Shown here: positions 16,879 through 20,000 of the stretch, piece by piece
How the letters are laid out: every line of letters starts with the position of its first letter
Position numbering within the stretch: position 1 is the first letter of the stretch
Virus record (IMG/VR): IMGVR_UViG_3300029964_000032
DNA: 20,000 nucleotides
Source: an uncultured virus (IMG/VR IMGVR_UViG_3300029964_000032)
Lineage: Duplodnaviria > Heunggongvirae > Uroviricota > Caudoviricetes
Reading direction: 5' to 3' (one strand)
Notes under the pieces: model-generated
What the model saw: the letters and a program-made list of their open reading frames with translations, nothing else
Told to the model about the DNA's origin: nothing
Databases searched by the model: none
Position numbers and translations under genes: made by a program

Positions 16879-17156
16879 TATAGTTCGCCCTCCTGTCGGC
16901 TCATTGGGTTTGGGGTCTCGTCGGCTTCATCGCACAGCTTGTCGAAGAACTGAAGCAACCAGTCATGCTTGCGCCACTTGTTGAAGAGAAAGATGGTGAG
17001 AGCAAGCAGCAGGAAACCGAGGGCCTTGTCGAGGATAAGGTGGAAGAGGTACGCGAAGAAACTGTTGTCTTGCTCCTCTCCGAAAAGGAAGAGTGTTCCT
17101 GCGCATCCGATGATAAGTAGGATGCAAACGCGGATGATAGAATATGCTTTATTCAT
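16878..17156 (-). CDS. Hypothetical membrane protein (2 TM helices)
   Basis: Two hydrophobic segments; overlapping start/stop with neighbours. Confidence 0.7.
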   Translation of the reverse strand: MNKAYSIIRVCILLIIGCAGTLFLFGEEQDNSFFAYLFHLILDKALGFLLLALTIFLFNKWRKHDWLLQFFDKLCDEADETPNPMSRQEGEL

Positions 17157-17293
17157 TTTTTGTTGTTATTATTATTAGTGGTTGCACATGGTGGTGTCTT
17201 TGCGTACTCAACGTAACGGTTGAGGAACATGCAGAAACAGCCGTTGAGAGCATTGAAGGACTGTTTGCAGGAGATGCAGAACTTATTAGACAT
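17153..17293 (-). CDS. Small Cys-rich protein (46 aa)
   Basis: MSNKFCISCKQSFNALNGCFCMFLNRYVEYAKTPPC...; TAATG coupling to the upstream gene. Confidence 0.65.
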   Translation of the reverse strand: MSNKFCISCKQSFNALNGCFCMFLNRYVEYAKTPPCATTNNNNNKK

Positions 17294-17538
17294 TAGTTGT
17301 AGAGGTTTATGCCCAACTTGTTGAACGCCTCTTCTTCTGCAACGGATCCGCGCCAAGCGTCGAGATAATCGTTGATGGCTTTCTCGTTGTTGGCATCGGC
17401 CTTTTCGTTGTAGCCGAAGTCCTTGCAGAAGGCTGACCAGCTGATGCGGTCGAGTTCTTCGTTAGACAATTGGGTTGAGGTGTTGCAGCTGATGAGGCTT
17501 GCAACAAGGAGTGTTGAGGTGATGATTAACTTTTTCAT
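17293..17538 (-). CDS. Small phage lipoprotein
   Basis: MKKLIITSTLLVASLISC signal peptide with lipobox-type Cys18. Confidence 0.75.
   Translation of the reverse strand: MKKLIITSTLLVASLISCNTSTQLSNEELDRISWSAFCKDFGYNEKADANNEKAINDYLDAWRGSVAEEEAFNKLGINLYN
17461..17478. repeat. Exact 18-bp copy of the switch operator inside the lipoprotein gene
   Basis: GTTAGACAATTGGGTTGA at 17461-17478 is identical to 17799-17816. Confidence 0.8.
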
Positions 17539-17556
17539 GATGGAGTGGGTTTAATG

Positions 17557-17763
17557 TTACGAAATTCGGGTTGCTGTGATTGTGCGCTGCTCGCGGTTTG
17601 TCGTGGTGGTAAACTTCTTGTCCCACTGGAGTCCAAAGCTGACGCAAATCGACTTCAAGTAGCTTGAACGGCTAACCGATACTGTCAACTCTTCGCCGAC
17701 TTCAAGGGCGTTCAATTGGCCCAAGAGCGATTTTTTTCGCTGATTTTTAGATGTTTCTGTCAT
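17557..17763 (-). CDS. Cro-like small DNA-binding protein
   Basis: 68-aa basic ORF, first gene of the lytic operon, divergent from the repressor. Mainly a positional call. Confidence 0.55.
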   Translation of the reverse strand: MTETSKNQRKKSLLGQLNALEVGEELTVSVSRSSYLKSICVSFGLQWDKKFTTTTNREQRTITATRIS

Positions 17764-17794
17764 TATTTCGATATTTATTTATAACTTTATGCTG

Positions 17795-17802
17795 CAAAGT
17801 TA
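17795..17802 (-). promoter_or_regulatory. Lytic early promoter -7 element
   Basis: Minus strand reads TAACTTTG(C), matching TAnnTTTG, 31 nt upstream of the cro-like ATG. Confidence 0.7.
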
Positions 17803-17839
17803 GACAATTGGGTTGATATAACAATACAATTGGGCAACT
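17798..17839. promoter_or_regulatory. Putative repressor operators (CAATTG-centred, two sites 22 bp apart)
   Basis: ACAATTGGG at 17804-17812 and 17826-17834, overlapping the region of the divergent promoters. Confidence 0.6.
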
Positions 17840-17843
17840 ATTA

Positions 17844-17876
17844 TTTGTAAATTAAGATATTTTAAGAATAGGTTTG
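17844..17876 (+). promoter_or_regulatory. Repressor promoter (-33/-7)
   Basis: TTTG (17844-17847), a 21-nt spacer, then TAGGTTTG (17869-17876), 3 nt before the ATG at 17880. Confidence 0.7.
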
Positions 17877-17879
17877 CGT

Positions 17880-18293
17880 ATGGAAACAATTAACGACCGA
17901 ATGGAAATGCTTGTAAATCAAAGATTTAACGGCAATAAAGCAGCCTTTGCAAAGACAATTGGTTTGCCTCCTACCGGATTGTCTAACTATCTGGGGACAA
18001 AGAGGCGAAGCAAACCATCTGTAGAAATGGTTACTAAAATTGTCTTGGCGTTAGATGTTGATGCAAGATGGCTGCTCACTGGAGAAGAAACGCCACAACA
18101 GCAAGGCGTGAATACCAACATGAACGGCAATGTGACCGATAGCAATGTGGCAATTGGTAGCCACAACTCTGTTGGCAATGTGACAGTTGGTGCTGATGTT
18201 GTTTTGTCTGAGCGAGTAAAGAGTCTTGAAGCCCTGCTTGCGGAGAAGGAGCGACTTATAAAGGTTTACGAAAGGATGATGGAAGAAAAGTAA
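17880..18293 (+). CDS. CI-like XRE-family repressor lacking an S24 peptidase domain
   Basis: METINDRM...NKAAFAKTIGLPPTGLSNY...SKPSVEMVTKI...VDARWLLTGEE HTH, an Asn/Gly-rich linker and a C-terminal coiled coil (LLAEKERLI). Confidence 0.85.
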   Translation: METINDRMEMLVNQRFNGNKAAFAKTIGLPPTGLSNYLGTKRRSKPSVEMVTKIVLALDVDARWLLTGEETPQQQGVNTNMNGNVTDSNVAIGSHNSVGNVTVGADVVLSERVKSLEALLAEKERLIKVYERMMEEK

Positions 18294-18340
18294 TGGCACA
18301 TATCGTTGCTTACATCATGCTTGACAATGAACGCTAAACG

Positions 18341-18550
18341 ATGAATAAGACAGAAGCAATAGGCAATCTCGTTGTTATAATCTCTATGTTCTGTTTCCTT
18401 GGTAACGTATGGGATTGGATAAACGGTTTGCAGTATCCATATTGGGCAAAGGGGATATTCGGACTTGTTTCTTTTGGATTGTGGTATTGTGGTATGGCCT
18501 ATCTCTATTTTGCAGAAAAGGCTATGCGCAACAAAAAAAATAAATCATGA
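18341..18550 (+). CDS. Small 2-TM membrane protein (lysogenic-side accessory gene)
   Basis: 69 aa; two hydrophobic helices and a basic tail; AT-rich. Confidence 0.65.
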   Translation: MNKTEAIGNLVVIISMFCFLGNVWDWINGLQYPYWAKGIFGLVSFGLWYCGMAYLYFAEKAMRNKKNKS

Positions 18551-18924
18551 GCGAAGATAGGGAATTGACAAAACTAAATATGCTGATGAATGCTATCAGT
18601 GAAGAAGATATTGGTGAAGAAGAGACTCCAGACTTCTACGCGGATCTGAAAGAGGCTGCATGGAATATCCTGCATGAAAACCCCGGTACAGATTCCGGGG
18701 ATTGGCAGATGATGCTCATCGAGCAGTACCCGACGGAAGTAGTGGACGCATTGGGCACCAACCCTCCTGAAGTCTTTGCGGAACTTTCCGACTGGTGGGA
18801 CTGCATGGACTACGACGACGGAGTGCTGGAGATACCGCACACGTTCCGGGAATGGGCAGAGTATTTCGCCACCGAACGTTCCGTGGAACTATACGACCTA
18901 CTTGTTGAAGCGAAGCGCAAATAA
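18547..18924 (+). CDS. Highly acidic hypothetical protein
   Basis: 125 aa, D/E- and W-rich; 4-bp overlap with the upstream gene. Confidence 0.75.
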   Translation: MSEDRELTKLNMLMNAISEEDIGEEETPDFYADLKEAAWNILHENPGTDSGDWQMMLIEQYPTEVVDALGTNPPEVFAELSDWWDCMDYDDGVLEIPHTFREWAEYFATERSVELYDLLVEAKRK

Positions 18925-19120
18925 GGCGTTTTAAACGTCTGTTTTCGTCAAGACAATAAAACCCTCATCCGAGCACATAAAGTTCGTCAGAGGGGCAAAA
19001 TAACGGCTCAGGACGGCATTGTGATGCCGGAGTCAGAGTCGCACAAACAAATGAGATTAGCACGATAAGATTAGTTAATTCACCTCTTTTGATAGAGACG
19101 CTTACAAATTCTTCAAAAGT

Positions 19121-19137
19121 CCCTCATAATGAGAGGG
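19121..19137. other. Candidate att core (prophage/host junction)
   Basis: CCCTC-ATAATGA-GAGGG inverted repeat around 7 bp, followed by a gene-end-like frame and a terminator. Confidence 0.35.
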
Positions 19138-19199
19138 TGAAATCAGCGGCGCAGGCTGCTGTCGAAGAATAGACAGAAAATGCTGAAATTCACTAATAT

Positions 19200-19242
19200 A
19201 AAGGGTAAGCGCCTGCGTGACAGACACTTACCCTTTCTTTTT
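19200..19242 (+). terminator. Intrinsic terminator
   Basis: AAAGGGTAAG (19200-19209) and CTTACCCTTT (19227-19236) stem with a CGTGA loop, followed by CTTTTT. Confidence 0.8.
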
Positions 19243-19416
19243 GCGTTCATTCTGCGCGTTTCATTTGCAGAATAAAACGTCGAAAACAGGCAATATGTTT
19301 CCCGAATTTGAGGGTGCTGTTACTACAATTTTATTACGGGAGTTTCCCCCGATGCTTTTAGGGAAAATCATACATCAGATTATGGTTTTTCCCTTGTTGT
19401 TTTCAGCTATTCTCCC

Positions 19417-19424
19417 TATCTTTG
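19417..19424 (+). promoter_or_regulatory. Host promoter -7 element
   Basis: TATCTTTG(CA) upstream of the CDS at 19509; CTTG lies 20 nt further upstream. Confidence 0.75.
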
Positions 19425-19508
19425 CACCATCAAAAAGTTGATAGCGGCACCAAGTAGCCTCTTCAATTAAAATAAATAGAGTAATAACCCTTTAAAGAGA
19501 AGATAGTT

Positions 19509-20000
19509 ATGAAAAGAATGATTATGACATTGGTAGCAGTATGGATGATGATAACATCTATGAATGCTCAGAGACTGACAGATATTCAGGCAGAAGCCCG
19601 TTTTATCACAGATAAGATGGTGGTGGAACTGGGATTGAGCAGCGCCCAGCGCAACAATCTCCTGAACATCAACTTCACCTACCTGGACGGCATCCGCAGC
19701 TATCGCGACATTGATGCCTACGGCTGGCATTACCGCAACAAGCAGCTCAAGCGCATGATGACCGCCAGACAATGGAAGAAATTCATAAACTCATACTATT
19801 TCTATCGCCCTATCGGCTGGCAGAATCATGTGTATGTTCACCATATTTACACCAAGTATCCAAAGCATAACTGGGGACACGACAAGCGCCGCCCTCGCCC
19901 TGAGTGCAGCTACGGAAGACCGGGATGGCCAGGCGGAACTCATGTAACTTATGGACCAGGAAAGCCAGGCAAGCATCACAAGCATCACAAGCACGACAAG
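19509..20000 (+). CDS. Host Prevotella-type secreted hypothetical protein (partial, runs off the window)
   Basis: MKRMIMTLVAVWMMITSMNA signal peptide, EARFITDKMVVELGLS, YYFYRPI, then a low-complexity tail with KHH repeats (19971-20000). Missing from the ORF track because it has no stop in the window. Confidence 0.85.
   Translation, partial: MKRMIMTLVAVWMMITSMNAQRLTDIQAEARFITDKMVVELGLSSAQRNNLLNINFTYLDGIRSYRDIDAYGWHYRNKQLKRMMTARQWKKFINSYYFYRPIGWQNHVYVHHIYTKYPKHNWGHDKRRPRPECSYGRPGWPGGTHVTYGPGKPGKHHKHHKHDK

Larger units (their letters stand above)
1..19137. mobile_element. Prophage (right-hand part) of a Bacteroidota temperate phage; continues beyond the left edge
   Basis: Dense phage gene set (CI/Cro-like switch, RecT, RecE-like nuclease, DUF6291 plus DnaC-like ATPase, DUF1064, YopX, HU, virion-like genes), followed after ~19240 by a host-type promoter and gene. 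The right boundary is inferred. Confidence 0.9.

Noticed and set aside
1460..17178. Many plus-strand and nested alternative-frame ORFs in the track (e.g. 4717..5166, 11764..12240, 15661..16266, 15864..16400)
   Set aside because: They are shadows of well-supported minus-strand genes and show no recognisable motifs.
17155..17178. Poly-Asn / AAT-AAC microsatellite
   Set aside because: Short and imperfect; explained as the A-rich translation leader of the next gene.
19119..19146. XerCD dif site (GTCCCTCATAAT resembles the XerC arm)
   Set aside because: The conserved XerD arm (TTATGTTAAAT-like) is absent.
19217..19994. Track ORFs 19217..19441 (+), 19467..19772 (-) and 19791..19994 (-)
   Set aside because: The first spans a terminator and promoter; the others are antisense to the real CDS starting at 19509.
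1..20000. CRISPR array, diversity-generating retroelement, IS element or integrase
   Set aside because: No spaced repeats, reverse transcriptase, TR/VR pair, transposase or recombinase motifs were seen by eye.

Overview
Most of this window (1 to about 19130) is one end of a temperate Bacteroidota prophage, Prevotella/Segatella-like judging by TAnnTTTG promoters and gene content. The left end (+) has three tandem paralogous genes that may encode neck/ring proteins. They converge at a terminator with a 945-aa probable tail nozzle/stabilisation gene (-). A long minus-strand early/middle operon (17763 to 4569) encodes a Cro-like protein, a lipoprotein, an Xis-like HTH protein, RecT, a coiled-coil protein, a RecE-like nuclease, an SNF2 helicase, HU, DUF4494, DUF1064, a DUF6291 replication initiator and a DnaC/IstB-like ATPase, followed by small accessory ORFs. 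A divergent CI-like repressor with two downstream genes, a candidate att junction near 19121-19137 and a host secreted-protein gene (19509 to the end) complete the window. No integrase is present. The most interesting observations are: a two-domain candidate anti-defence fusion (Acb5-like plus Sequestin/T4 rIIB.1-like, 4720-5139); a ~132-nt tRNA-like structured RNA upstream of recT; a zinc-finger gene scrambled by two compensating frameshifts; and an exact 18-bp operator-like repeat shared by the switch and a site 338 bp away. All family assignments are from motif recognition, not database searches.
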